Assembly: GCA_965226795.1 (NCBI GenBank)
Contig: CBDDDZ010000004.1
Coordinates: 480,001 to 544,000, forward strand
From: Candidatus Latescibacterota bacterium
GTDB taxonomy: Bacteria > Latescibacterota > UBA2968 > GCA-2709665
Length of the DNA: 64,000 bases
Reading direction: 5' to 3'
Position numbers and translations under genes: made by a program. Positions 1 through 9,891 of the stretch are shown here, in pieces (the stretch's first letter is position 1; the number at the start of each line of letters is the position of its first letter). The notes below the pieces were generated by a model. The model saw only the letters and a program-made list of their open reading frames with translations. It did not search any database and had not been told where the DNA came from.

Positions 1-2
1 TA

Positions 3-2468
3 ATTTTCGGTGGCGGCCGAGGCCTCGGACCAGCACTGATGGGTCGTTCGCTTGGGCCGCAAGACGCTGCTTCCTGTCCGGAGTTCCAGGAAGTGAACGC
101 GGCGATCACTGAACTCAAGCGGGCTTACTCGGCGCGCATCGTCGGTGAACCCGGCACAGGAAAGTCGATTTGTGCATACCAAACAGCGCTTCATTTCGCC
201 AAAAAGGGCTGGCACGTCCTTCGGCTGACCGACCCTCGTGTCGAGACAATAGAGTTGAAGGATGCTGACAATGAGCGGCGCACAATCTTCATTATCGACG
301 ATGGCCACCTCACCAGCAATGCGGTCCTAAGGATCGCGGAAGACACGGCTGGTCCGCACCGACTGCTACTGTCAACCCATAATGCTGTAAAGCACGATAC
401 ATCATCCCGTGGCGTGATCATCATTGATGCAGAACGTGCTGTTCGTAATATTGCGTCCGCGCTCTGCGATGATCCAGAACGCACGCTGACGGTAGTGCGC
501 CGCATAGACAACACTGTGGGAAAATTACCGTCCGAAGTCTCCCTTGAGGATCGAATTCTCCAAGCGGAGCAGGATGCCAAGTACCCTTGGCAATTCTGTT
601 TCATTGTTGGTGGTGGCTGGCGTCGATCTAAATTAGCCGTTACAGCCGCACGATCAGCCAATGCTGACGTAGCATTGGCCGGCATCGCTATTCACCAACT
701 CGCCTCTCGCGATGCGCGCCCAAACCTAAATCAGCTAATATCTCTGTTAGGTGTCGCCGGGTTAGAGACTTCGGAAGTGGACGATTCCATCCGGTGGTTA
801 ATAGACAATCGTTTAGTCATCGGCCCACACGACCTGCGGTGTCCTCACCAGCGATTTGCATCAGTCGCGCTCAAAGAAATACTTGAAGGACAGGACAACG
901 ACGATTTGGAGCGAACTGGCAGCATGTTGAGACATATAATTGCCCACGTTGGGTACCCCATAGCAGGACTGTGGATTCTCTTGCAGGAACTTCGCATTGA
1001 CGGAGATTTTCGGCAGGGAAGATTTCTAATCCGCGAAGCATCATTGGAAACTCTCATGGAACGGTGCTGGCAAGCGACTAATCCGGAGGAGCGGACGTTT
1101 GCCAGCCTCGTTCTGAGGGAAATTGAATTCTACGCAACGGGTTGGCCACAAACACAATTGCAGGGCCGCGAACACATTCTCGGTCGTTGGATCTCTGATC
1201 CTGTAGAGCCAACCGGCTACGGTCTCGCGCGTCTTCTCCACGCGGTCTACAATAAGGACAGAGCATTTGCACGTGCATTGGTGGAAGCGTCAGAACCAAG
1301 AAAAGTGGCCGCGTCTGTCTCCTCAGTCACGCCCAATACGGCCTACAATTTGGGTGAAATCCTTGGCGCAATTCGACCTGATTCGGGTACTTCGTGGGGC
1401 CGGACCTTTTTGGACGGCTTGGATCGCTCGAGGCTTATTGCATTTGCGGCCGATTGGCCTGAATCAGAATCCGCATCGGGATTTACGAACTTTTGCCGCT
1501 CGATGACTTGCTCTGACGAGCCATTGGCGCTAGATATGTTCGAATCTTTCATTCCTATCGCACAGAAGCTATTGTCTCGAGATACCGTCTCAGCGTTTGG
1601 TGACCTTTTCCATATCGCACACCAGGTACTTCGGGTGTTGGACGTTCTTGGCATTTTTGTGGGCAAAACCGCACCAAAGTCTCGCCACCGCGAGTTGGCG
1701 CGTGAAATGATGCAAGGCGTTTCACCCTCACTTCTAGCTGATCAACTTTCGGCCAGCCAGCTCCGGCAGTTTCAGAACACGGGATTTCTGCTCACATTCA
1801 TGGCGAATGCGGTACCTGCAAAGTTTCGGGCTACTGTAGCTGCGATGGATTGGGCACGCATCGCAGAGACGATTGGCGATCACTGGAGAGATCTTCCGCA
1901 CGAACCAGAAGTCCTGTTTGGAATAGCCTATTGCGCCAGAAGCTGCCGCGAGAAAATCGCACAAGTTATCAATGACAATCTTCATCGGATCGAGGCATTT
2001 CCGCCCAGATTGGTCTTAGTCGCACCAAATGCCGCATATACGCATGCGGAGCACGGTGGTCTTATCCGACTAGCGAAATATGACCATGTGGATTGGCGGT
2101 TTGGCGTCGCGGTTTTAGAGTGCTTTTCCGAAGAGCGTCCAAACCTGTTAGAGGCCATTCTAAAGCCATCTGAGATCACTACTGGACGCGCATTTTCCCA
2201 AGTTCACCCCAGTTGGTACGATAAAGCTGGCGACTATGTTCAACTTCTAAGGGAAATTGCCCCACTGAGTCTTCAACGAATCCTTAACAATGTCGATGTA
2301 CGAGGCGCCGAAAAGGGTTGGACAGCATCGCTACGTTCTACGGCTGGGCCTCGAAGGACAGTGGCGTTGCTTGTTGAGTCGAGCCTCGAAAGGCAAGATG
2401 GGCTTGGGGCGCTGGCGAGGCGGGTACGTAAACGCTTCCCAAGAGCGTCTGTGCCGCGTGGTTCTTAG
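3..2468 (+). CDS. P-loop NTPase (STAND-like) with long helical C-terminus; 5' end lies outside the window
   Basis: Walker A GEPGTGKS and Walker B IFIIDD; frame is open from base 3 to the ATG at 39, so the gene probably starts upstream. Confidence 0.7.
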   Translation: MFGGGRGLGPALMGRSLGPQDAASCPEFQEVNAAITELKRAYSARIVGEPGTGKSICAYQTALHFAKKGWHVLRLTDPRVETIELKDADNERRTIFIIDDGHLTSNAVLRIAEDTAGPHRLLLSTHNAVKHDTSSRGVIIIDAERAVRNIASALCDDPERTLTVVRRIDNTVGKLPSEVSLEDRILQAEQDAKYPWQFCFIVGGGWRRSKLAVTAARSANADVALAGIAIHQLASRDARPNLNQLISLLGVAGLETSEVDDSIRWLIDNRLVIGPHDLRCPHQRFASVALKEILEGQDNDDLERTGSMLRHIIAHVGYPIAGLWILLQELRIDGDFRQGRFLIREASLETLMERCWQATNPEERTFASLVLREIEFYATGWPQTQLQGREHILGRWISDPVEPTGYGLARLLHAVYNKDRAFARALVEASEPRKVAASVSSVTPNTAYNLGEILGAIRPDSGTSWGRTFLDGLDRSRLIAFAADWPESESASGFTNFCRSMTCSDEPLALDMFESFIPIAQKLLSRDTVSAFGDLFHIAHQVLRVLDVLGIFVGKTAPKSRHRELAREMMQGVSPSLLADQLSASQLRQFQNTGFLLTFMANAVPAKFRATVAAMDWARIAETIGDHWRDLPHEPEVLFGIAYCARSCREKIAQVINDNLHRIEAFPPRLVLVAPNAAYTHAEHGGLIRLAKYDHVDWRFGVAVLECFSEERPNLLEAILKPSEITTGRAFSQVHPSWYDKAGDYVQLLREIAPLSLQRILNNVDVRGAEKGWTASLRSTAGPRRTVALLVESSLERQDGLGALARRVRKRFPRASVPRGS

Positions 2469-2625
2469 AACCTTATATCAAGGAGAACACAATGTGACCC
2501 CCTCTCAGAAATACCGTTGGGCGGCTCCTTCGCTAGCCCGAGAGGCCTTAAGCGTTCTACTTAACTGGAGCCTCCGTAAGGACCCTACTCGCATGGTCAA
2601 GGGATTAATTAATAGTGATATACTC

Positions 2626-2646
2626 TACTTGACGGGTACTTGACTG
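2626..2646 (+). repeat. Repeat A copy 1 (TACTTGAC-GGG-TACTTGAC-TG), arm-site-like tandem octamer
   Basis: 19/21 identical to 7093-7113; both copies have an ATTAATT tract about 20 bp upstream. Confidence 0.7.
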
Positions 2647-2804
2647 AGTCCGCGCCACAGATACGAATCGGTGTTCTATTTTTATCCGCAGAATCGACCC
2701 AATAACCACCGACACTACCGAATCAGGTCGTTAGCGAATTCTTCTGTCTGACAAGTCGGCGATGTTCGACGCGAGGAATGAAATTCGGGCAATGGAGAAA
2801 GGCA

Positions 2805-2960
2805 GTGATCCTGCTGATTGACGCCCTGAACGACCGGTGGATACGGTATGTATAGAGACCCCTGAATCCGTTTTACGTCCTGGTCGGCAAGAATGCGTCA
2901 GGTGGTGCAACGCTTTTTGTATGTGACTGTTTTCTTGCGTGATCCGGTATCCGATCGCCC
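2805..2960 (+). pseudogene. N-terminal remnant of an AAA_21/SMC-like ATPase
   Basis: GTG after GGAG; translates MILLIDALNDRWIRYV*RPLNPFYVLVGKNASG, a decayed beta-strand plus Walker A start, with a stop and a frameshift. Confidence 0.55.
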
Positions 2961-2993
2961 GCGACGCTTTCGGCACACTTCCAACCAACGCGC

Positions 2994-3170
2994 GCGCGCT
3001 GATATCCGGGCAGGCGGCTAACCGGGAATTGTGCCTGAAAATAAATAATAGGCCCAAAAGCATAAATTTGGCACAATGCTGGCACAACTTATATATAAGT
3101 ATCTGTTTATTTAGAATTTGCTGTTACAAAGTACAAATCTACAAGTGCAACAGTTGTAATTCATAATGTT
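2994..3170 (+). repeat. Repeat B copy 1: decayed 3' end of the AlbA gene plus downstream AT-rich element
   Basis: 44 bp identical core 3023-3066 = 6736-6779; looser homology over about 180 bp; TGG>TGA and +1 indel in the coding part. Confidence 0.9.
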
Positions 3171-3172
3171 AA

Positions 3173-3560
3173 TAGTGGTCAGGGCATTTGCGGGTACGCG
3201 GGTGCTTTAATCCGCTCCCTTGTTGAATCTCGGTAGTCGAGCGACGTAGGAATGGGAGGTCGGAACTGTTCTACAATACAAAGCCAGGGCCCCTGCAAGA
3301 TTCCGGCGCACTCGTAAAGGTTCTTATCGATCAGGGTGCGCCAGAGCCTCACTGACGGTATTTCGCCGCACACCCGGTGGATACAGCCTCGTAAAGCAAC
3401 TGATCCGACGCGGATTACGGAGACCGATCGAGCAGGCGGCGCAGGGCAGATATCACGCCTTGTCGGCCAACGACATTCAAACCCAATCAACTTGGAAGTG
3501 AATTCAACCAACATAGAGGTGCGCGGGGCGGCGGCCCAATATCCAGAAAAAAGATGAAAA
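3173..3560 (+). pseudogene. Decayed DUF433 antitoxin + DUF5615 (PIN) toxin pair
   Basis: FAGTRVL*SAPLLNLGSRAT*EWEVGTVLQY (DUF433-like) followed by KVLIDQGAPEPH*RYFAAHPVDTA (DUF5615-like); multiple stops; end coordinate approximate. Confidence 0.6.
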
Positions 3561-3639
3561 TCAGTTCTTCTATGACACTGACGACAACAGAGATGGCTAT
3601 GGCTTGTCGAAAGACCAACAATCAAGAATGGAGGCGAAA

Positions 3640-4650
3640 ATGGCGCGAGCGTTCGTAGTCAAAGCAGTCGCCGACGGGTGGCCGATTTCCGGCGTTTTCG
3701 AGGAACTGCGATCCGGCAGAGCGAGGATTGGCTGGTCCGACCGGGACGATCTCGACCTTCGTCTTATACAGAAAGACCTCTCAAGGGGAACACCGCTGAA
3801 TAAGGATCAAAAAAACGCCAGGCGATGCTTGGGATTCCTTACCAGAGTTTCTCCAGACGACTATCTTATTTATCCCCATCAGCCAGAGAGAGGTCAGTTC
3901 TGTGTTGTCTTGGCCACAGGCGAATACGACTTTTCGGACAAGGAAGAGGGTCTCGACAAAGACTTCCGGTCATTTAGACCCTGCTCCCTTGTGACGACGG
4001 AGCCGGTAAACGTGCACGACGAGATCGTTTCTTCGCAACTCCGGCATCGACTCGGAAGACCGGGTCGGTTCTCCGAGATATACAACACCGGGCCGTTATC
4101 CGAATTCCTTGAGGATCTCCCAAATGCAGGACGGCTCCAAGACGACTCGAATCGGGCAAGTTTGCAGAGGATACACAACAAGCTTCGAAGGAAACTACCT
4201 GAAGTACTTCACGAGGAGTTCAGTAGAGCCGATTTATCCAGGAAGCTCTGTCGTGACCTTTTCGAGCGCATGGGTTACGTTCACGAAATTCGGGAGGGTC
4301 CCACCGAAGTTGGCTCCGATGTCGTCGTGACGCTGGGCGATCCCCTATTGCCTGATGAAGTCGAGATCCGAATCGGTATCCAAGTTTTCTCCTACGAAGG
4401 TAATGTCGAAGAGTGGGACCTTAGGGAAAAACTGGACCAGTTACTGCGCGGCTGGGAAGAGAACAGCCTCAAATACGGAGCTCTACTTACAACGGGACGC
4501 TGCGGTGATGAAGCTAGAGCATTACTGCTTAGACATAATCAAAATGAGAAGAATCGCCCGGTGCGTCTGATTGACGGTGACGACCTTGCCGATCTCTTCT
4601 TGCGATACTTTCCACCTGCAACGGATCGAGCAAGCTACGACAGGGAATGA
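3640..4650 (+). CDS. Mrr-like restriction endonuclease with N-terminal modified-DNA-binding-type domain
   Basis: GGAGG RBS before ATG 3640; N-terminal RIGW motif; C-terminal GSDVVV..IQVF..GALLTTG..VRLIDGDDLADLF typical of Mrr_cat. Confidence 0.75.
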   Translation: MARAFVVKAVADGWPISGVFEELRSGRARIGWSDRDDLDLRLIQKDLSRGTPLNKDQKNARRCLGFLTRVSPDDYLIYPHQPERGQFCVVLATGEYDFSDKEEGLDKDFRSFRPCSLVTTEPVNVHDEIVSSQLRHRLGRPGRFSEIYNTGPLSEFLEDLPNAGRLQDDSNRASLQRIHNKLRRKLPEVLHEEFSRADLSRKLCRDLFERMGYVHEIREGPTEVGSDVVVTLGDPLLPDEVEIRIGIQVFSYEGNVEEWDLREKLDQLLRGWEENSLKYGALLTTGRCGDEARALLLRHNQNEKNRPVRLIDGDDLADLFLRYFPPATDRASYDRE

Positions 4651-5108
4651 GCGGTACAAATGTTAAAGCAGAGCGGAGTGTTCTGGCGGTCTTGTCAGCA
4701 TGTCCGCTTGTGGAGCCCGTCGATCCTTAAAACATCATCGACAACGAATGTATTGTATATTTGATGCAAAACTCCATTGTGAACATATCGCTTTCGCACC
4801 GGTTCGCTATTTCTGAAGAGAATCGTGCAGTGGCCTCGCGCCCCATACTCGACACTTTGGCAGCGGGCGTTATCGTAGCCCGAGAATTCTGACGCGGCGC
4901 CCAAATACCTGAAATATGTACGCTGGAGGGTGTCCGCTTCATCACCGGATAAATTTCGATCTCGCAGTAAACGACGATTTCGATTTTGACAGATTCACTG
5001 GATTAAAACACGACACATTACAGAGGGCGCTGAAAGTGCTGCCAGATTAATCAGGCTGCATATCGTAAGGAACGATGTTAATACACTATTTGACAAACAA
5101 GAGGCCAT

Positions 5109-6761
5109 ATGACGGTTTCCGCGAATGAACTCCAAGCGTGGATGAACAACCGGGAAGATGAGCATCTTGAATTCAAAGAGGCAAAGACGAGGTTCGACTT
5201 TAAGACCTTGGTGAAGTACTGTCTTGCCCTCGCCAATGAACGCGGTGGAAGGATTATCTTGGGCGTTGCGGATAAACTGCCGCGAAGGGTTGTCGGTAGC
5301 ACGGCTTTTCGAAATCTCGAAAGGACAAAGGAAGACCTGATTGAGCGACTGCGGCTTCGTGTTGACGTCGAAGAGATTCAACACCCGGATGGTCGGGTTC
5401 TGGTCTTTCAGGTACCCTCCCGTCCGATCGGTGTGCCTATGCAGTATGAAGGCGCGTATTGGATGCGTGGTGGCGAGGCCCTTATTCCAATGACACCGGA
5501 TCAACTCCAACGCATTTTCGCCGAGGGGAGCCCCGATTTCTCGTCTGAAATTTGTGCGTCTGCCCAAATGGACGATCTCGATCCACTCGCCGTTGAGGTT
5601 CTGCGTCAACTCTGGCAGCGTAAGTCACCGGACCAGGATATCTCGACCCGCCCCGTAGAGCGACTCCTGGAAGATGCCGAGTTGGTCGTTGATGGCCAGG
5701 TGACGAACGCGGCGCTGATCCTGCTGGGCACGCGCAAAGCCTTGGGCAAATATCTCGCCCAGGCGGAACTTATCTTCGAGTACCGATCCAACGAAATTCC
5801 GGGTCCCGCGGCGGAGCGACATGAGTTCAGACAGGGCTTTCTCCCTGCGCTCGACGAGACCTGGCGACTTATCAACCAGCGAAATGACCTGCAACACTTT
5901 CAGCAAGGACTCTTTGTTTGGGATGTGCCCACTTTCAACGAGCGTGTGGTTCGCGAGGCCGTCTTGAACGCAGTCAGTCACCGTGATTATCGTCTCGGAG
6001 GATCCATCTTTATTCGCCAGTACCCTCGACGCATCGAGATCGTGAGCCCTGGCGGATTTCCAGCCGGAATCACCCCAGAGAATATCCTTAGGCAACAGAA
6101 TCCGCGCAATCGTCGTATCGCCGAAGTCCTTGGCAGATGCGGTTTGGTCGAACGGGCAGGGCAGGGATGTGACCTTATCTTTCGCGAGTGTATTCGGCAG
6201 AGTAAGCCGTTGCCCGATTTCTCCCTTACGGATGCACACTCCGTATGGCTCATGCTGGACGGAGACATCCAGGACCTGGAATTCCTGCGCTTTTTGGAGG
6301 AGATTGGTCGGGAACGAGTGGCCACATTCGGCCTTGACGATTTGCTGGTGGTCGATTTCGTCCACCGGGAGGAACGTGTTCCGGATAACCTCGAACCAAG
6401 AGTTGAGCATCTGCTGGACCAGGGGATCATCGAGCGCATGGGACGCGGGCGGGGCGTGCGGCTACTGCTTTCACGGCGGTTCTACCGCCACATCGGTAAG
6501 CCAGGGGTCTACACGCGCAAGCGGGGATTGGACCGCGAGACTAACAAGGAACTGCTACTGAAGCACATTCAAGAAAACCGGAAGGAAGGGAGTCCATTGA
6601 AGGAACTCGTTCAGGTGTTGCCAGCTCTTTCTTACGTCCAAGTTCAGAAATTACTCCAAGCCTTGAGAATTGGGGGGCAGATCCACAAAGTCGGAAACAC
6701 TAGCGCAGCTCGCTGGTATCCAGGCAGAACTCCTTCGGGAATTGTGCCTGAAAATAAATAA
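5109..6761 (+). CDS. AlbA_2 (Schlafen) + HATPase_c_4 + wHTH protein
   Basis: EDEHLEFKE, ALANERGGRIILGVAD, REAVLNAVSHRDY, IEIVSPGGF, RNRRIAEVL..LVERAGQG. Confidence 0.9.
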   Translation: MTVSANELQAWMNNREDEHLEFKEAKTRFDFKTLVKYCLALANERGGRIILGVADKLPRRVVGSTAFRNLERTKEDLIERLRLRVDVEEIQHPDGRVLVFQVPSRPIGVPMQYEGAYWMRGGEALIPMTPDQLQRIFAEGSPDFSSEICASAQMDDLDPLAVEVLRQLWQRKSPDQDISTRPVERLLEDAELVVDGQVTNAALILLGTRKALGKYLAQAELIFEYRSNEIPGPAAERHEFRQGFLPALDETWRLINQRNDLQHFQQGLFVWDVPTFNERVVREAVLNAVSHRDYRLGGSIFIRQYPRRIEIVSPGGFPAGITPENILRQQNPRNRRIAEVLGRCGLVERAGQGCDLIFRECIRQSKPLPDFSLTDAHSVWLMLDGDIQDLEFLRFLEEIGRERVATFGLDDLLVVDFVHREERVPDNLEPRVEHLLDQGIIERMGRGRGVRLLLSRRFYRHIGKPGVYTRKRGLDRETNKELLLKHIQENRKEGSPLKELVQVLPALSYVQVQKLLQALRIGGQIHKVGNTSAARWYPGRTPSGIVPENK

Positions 6762-6896
6762 TAGGCCCAAAAGCATAAACTTGGCACAAGTTTGGCATAA
6801 TTTATTTTATAAGTATCTGTTTTTTTGTGCTTTATTACTATATTTTTTCTTGACAAAGCATAAATCTTCAAGCAAAAAAGTCATAATTCATATGTT
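6708..6896 (+). repeat. Repeat B copy 2 (intact AlbA 3' end plus AT-rich element)
   Basis: Direct repeat of 2994-3170; contains TTGTGCC..GGCACAA inverted repeat and TGGCACAA/TGGCATAA tandem. Confidence 0.9.
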
Positions 6897-7092
6897 CGGT
6901 GGACAGATCCTCCGCGGATGATGAAGAACGTGCTCGTTGCAGCCCAACCGCGATCGCCGCACCACCTGGCATGCGGCCCGATCTTGGAGGTTGTCAGGCG
7001 CCGGAGCCTGGATTTCCATTGGCCGCTAATTGATCGAGAATCGTCGGAACGACACCCGAATTCTATAACCCATTAATTTTATTGCATTTGTT

Positions 7093-7113
7093 TAATTGAC
7101 GGGTAATTGACTG
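7093..7113 (+). repeat. Repeat A copy 2 (TAATTGAC-GGG-TAATTGAC-TG)
   Basis: 19/21 identical to 2626-2646. Confidence 0.7.
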
Positions 7114-7123
7114 GAAACGCCTC

Positions 7124-7228
7124 ATGACCACCGCCGTCCGTGCCCTTCTCATCTCGAACGTGAGTGCGGGCGAGACCGATGAACACGAGGCGGAGTGTCT
7201 CTACGGTAAGTCCCTAACTTCAGTCTGA
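7124..7228 (+). pseudogene. Probable remnant of the type I RM specificity subunit (HsdS) C-terminus
   Basis: RALLISNVSAGETD resembles the conserved HsdS tail (R.ALIS.AVTG.ID); lies upstream of ImmA-DUF4411-hsdR. Confidence 0.4.
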
Positions 7229-7231
7229 GCC

Positions 7232-8521
7232 ATGCCAAGCCGACGGACAAGAATAAGCTTGCAACCCGATGTCCTGCAGTGGGCACGAGAACGTACTCGC
7301 GTCAGCCGCGACGAACTTGCTCGCAAGATGCACTTCCCGAATCTGGTCAAGGTGGACCGCGTCGGGGTAAGGGCCGGATAGACACATTGAGAGAGCGTAG
7401 AGTGGGAGGAAACCGGCAACATCAGTGTTGCCCAGGCAGACAGGCTCGCGGAACGCACACATACGCCCCTTGGATTGCTGTACCTTTCAAAGCCGCCCGA
7501 AGACTGACCAATCTGCCCGCATTCGCGAGGCCATGGATACCTGACTTCGTGAGTACGGGCGAGAACGAGAACCAAAATGCAGGTCGACCCATACGGAAGC
7601 CCCTCCGCTACGTCCGAGCCCTGACCTGCTGGAAACGGTTTATGCCATGCAGCGGCGACAGGACTGGATGCGAGAAGAACTGATCAGGAACGGCGCAGAT
7701 CCGCTGCAGTTCGTCGGCGCATACGACCTTGCGCAGAATCACGTGCAGGTGGCGAGCGCAATGCGGAACGTGCTGGGCATTTCAATTGGCTGGGCGGCAA
7801 GCCTGGACTCCTGGACTGCCGCGCTCAGATTCCTACGGAACAGATTGGACATGGCCGGCGTACTCGTGGTCTTCAACGGGGTCGTTGGCAACAGTACCAG
7901 CCGAAAGCTCAACACCGACGAGTTTCAAGGCTTCGCCCTGGTGGATGAATACGCTCCATTGATATTTGTTAACAACGCAGATTACATAGCGGCCAAGATG
8001 TTCACGCTTGCCCACGAACTGGCCCACGTATGCGTCGGAGAGTCGGGTGTATCCCACTTTGAGAGGTTGCAACCTTCACAGAATGCTACGGAGCGATTCT
8101 GTGATCAGGCGGCAGCGGAGTTTCTGGTGCCGGAGTCCAGTTTTCGGGATTTGTGGAATCTTGTGGGCCGCAATACCTTGGGGCCGACAAGTGTTCCTTT
8201 TGAGTCGATTGCGCGTCAATTCAAGGTAAGTGCAATCGTAGCGGCCCGGCGAGCCCTGGACCTGGACCTGATTGACCTCGAGACCTTTTTCGCCTTCTAT
8301 GAAAACCACAAGGCAACAAGGAGGTTCCAATCAACCCACAACCGTACGGTGGCGGTAACTTCTGGAGTACTCAGAGGTGGCGCATAGGCCCTCGGTTCGC
8401 GTCTGCGGTCTGCCGTGCGACAAAAGAAGAACGCCTGACATATAGGGAAGCGTGCTCTCTTACCGGGCTGAGCGGCGAGTCCCTTGAAAACATGGCCGTC
8501 AAGTTGGATATTCCACTATGA
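7232..8521 (+). pseudogene. XRE-HTH + ImmA/IrrE metallopeptidase, disrupted by several short insertions and frameshifts
   Basis: LQPDVLQWARER..EWEETG..HTPLGLLYLSKPPE..IPDF..RPSPDLLETV; FTLAHELAH zinc motif; C-terminal GGGNFW..LDIPL* in another frame with ATGA overlap to the next gene. Confidence 0.85.
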
Positions 8522-9042
8522 CGAGTCAGAACCGAACAAAGCTCCTGGATGCTGATGCCCTGATAGCTGCACACCGCAACTTTTACGCGCCGGATATATG
8601 TCCAGGATTCTGGGACTGCATTAACCATCACATTGCAAGTGGACGACTGCTTATCATTGACCGGGTACTTAACGAAATCAAATATCCACCGGATTTGGTC
8701 GCGTGGGTGCGACGACTTCCGCAACACGCACTTGTATCCACTTCGGCACATGCCGTTGCTGACGCCTACGCAGCCATAATGGATTGGGTACAGAACAATT
8801 CGCAGTTTACGCAGTCGGCCAAGGGTGAATTTGCCGATAGGGCCGATGGATGGCTTGTCGCATATTCGACGTTGAATGATACTTGCGTTGTTACCAACGA
8901 AGCGTTCGATCCCAATGTTCGGAAAAATGTGAAGCTCCCCAACGTCTGCGAGCAATTCGGAGTCAATTATCAAGATACATATGCGATGCTTCGCTGGCTG
9001 GAAGCGCATTTTGACCACCGACACTGGGAGCCTCCTGCTTGA
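8518..9042 (+). CDS. DUF4411 family PIN-domain protein
   Basis: LLDADALIAAHRNFYAPDICPGFW, ADGWLVAY, VVTNE, KLPNVCEQFGV; usual partner of ImmA/IrrE. Confidence 0.85.
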   Translation: MTSQNRTKLLDADALIAAHRNFYAPDICPGFWDCINHHIASGRLLIIDRVLNEIKYPPDLVAWVRRLPQHALVSTSAHAVADAYAAIMDWVQNNSQFTQSAKGEFADRADGWLVAYSTLNDTCVVTNEAFDPNVRKNVKLPNVCEQFGVNYQDTYAMLRWLEAHFDHRHWEPPA

Positions 9043-9718
9043 ACACCGACATCTCCGAACACGGGCTTGAAAGCCTCATCTGCACGGCGTTAGCCGGCGA
9101 CCCGAACGCCACGACGCATCCGGGCAATGAAAAAGCCAGGGCACGGTACGAGCACAACCGCTTCAGTGTTACTCGGCAACTCCAATACAGCCGCGACAAT
9201 ACCCGGCTTGCTCGCGATTTGTGCCTGTTCATCAACGGCCTGCCGGTTGCCGCGTTCGAACTGAAGAACAGCCTGACCAAGCAGACGGTCGAGGATGCCA
9301 TTAAGCAGTATAATCGCGACCGAAGCAACGGCGAAAAGCTCTTCGAGTTCGGTCCCGTACCGACCTGCGGAGGCACCGGAAAGCCTGAGCCCGAGATTGA
9401 CCGCCTCAGCAACATATTGAAGACTTTTAACGAACTGTTCGGGAATATCGATTGGAAGGACGGGACAAGATCGGAAGGGTCATCGCCGAGGAGTTGCCTG
9501 CGAAGGTCGCCGCTGATAAGGCTTACCGGAACGCGATGGAAAACTCGGACAGGCAGAACGCACGGATCGAGCACGACAAGGCGCTCGAAAGGGCCGTGAC
9601 GGAACGATTAACCGACCACACCGAGCTATTCATGCAGTTCAGCGACAACGAGTCGTTCCGGAAATGGCTATCGGAGACCAACTTTCGTACTACCTACCGT
9701 CAAACAGCCAACGTTTGA
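9039..9718 (+). pseudogene. hsdR: Type I restriction subunit HsdR with large internal deletions and a frameshift
   Basis: MNTDISEHGLE, DLCLFINGLPVAAFELKNSLTKQ (nuclease motif) joined to C-terminal RLSNILKTFNELFG..NARIEHDKAL..QFSDNESF; helicase motifs absent. Confidence 0.85.
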
Positions 9719-9891
9719 AGGACCCACTGCCATTGGGCTGTGTATTATTCCGAGGCGCTGATGAGCCCTGAACGCCATACCGATGATGATCGGTCGATTC
9801 GCAGAATCGGTTCTATTGTGACGGCCCCTTTTCGCAACTGGGAACGGGCTCGTTTCTTGTTCCTCACGCAGGATTTCAGGCGGGTTGATTA

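Noticed and set aside
3069..3084. Sigma-54-like TGGCAC-N7-GC motif in both copies of repeat B
   Set aside because: The -12 element reads TGGC rather than TTGC and is itself the second copy of a tandem repeat; no intact gene follows; not supportable as a promoter
4680..5050. Possible gene relic or ncRNA between the Mrr-like and AlbA genes
   Set aside because: No frame gave a family I could recognise and there is no convincing secondary structure
7206..7223. GTAAGT-CC-CTAAC-TT-CAG and other GT..AG segments (7367-7400, 7549-7582) resembling spliceosomal introns
   Set aside because: Bacterial context; removing 7367-7400 (34 nt) does not restore the frame; the inserts are better explained as hsdS-like fragments
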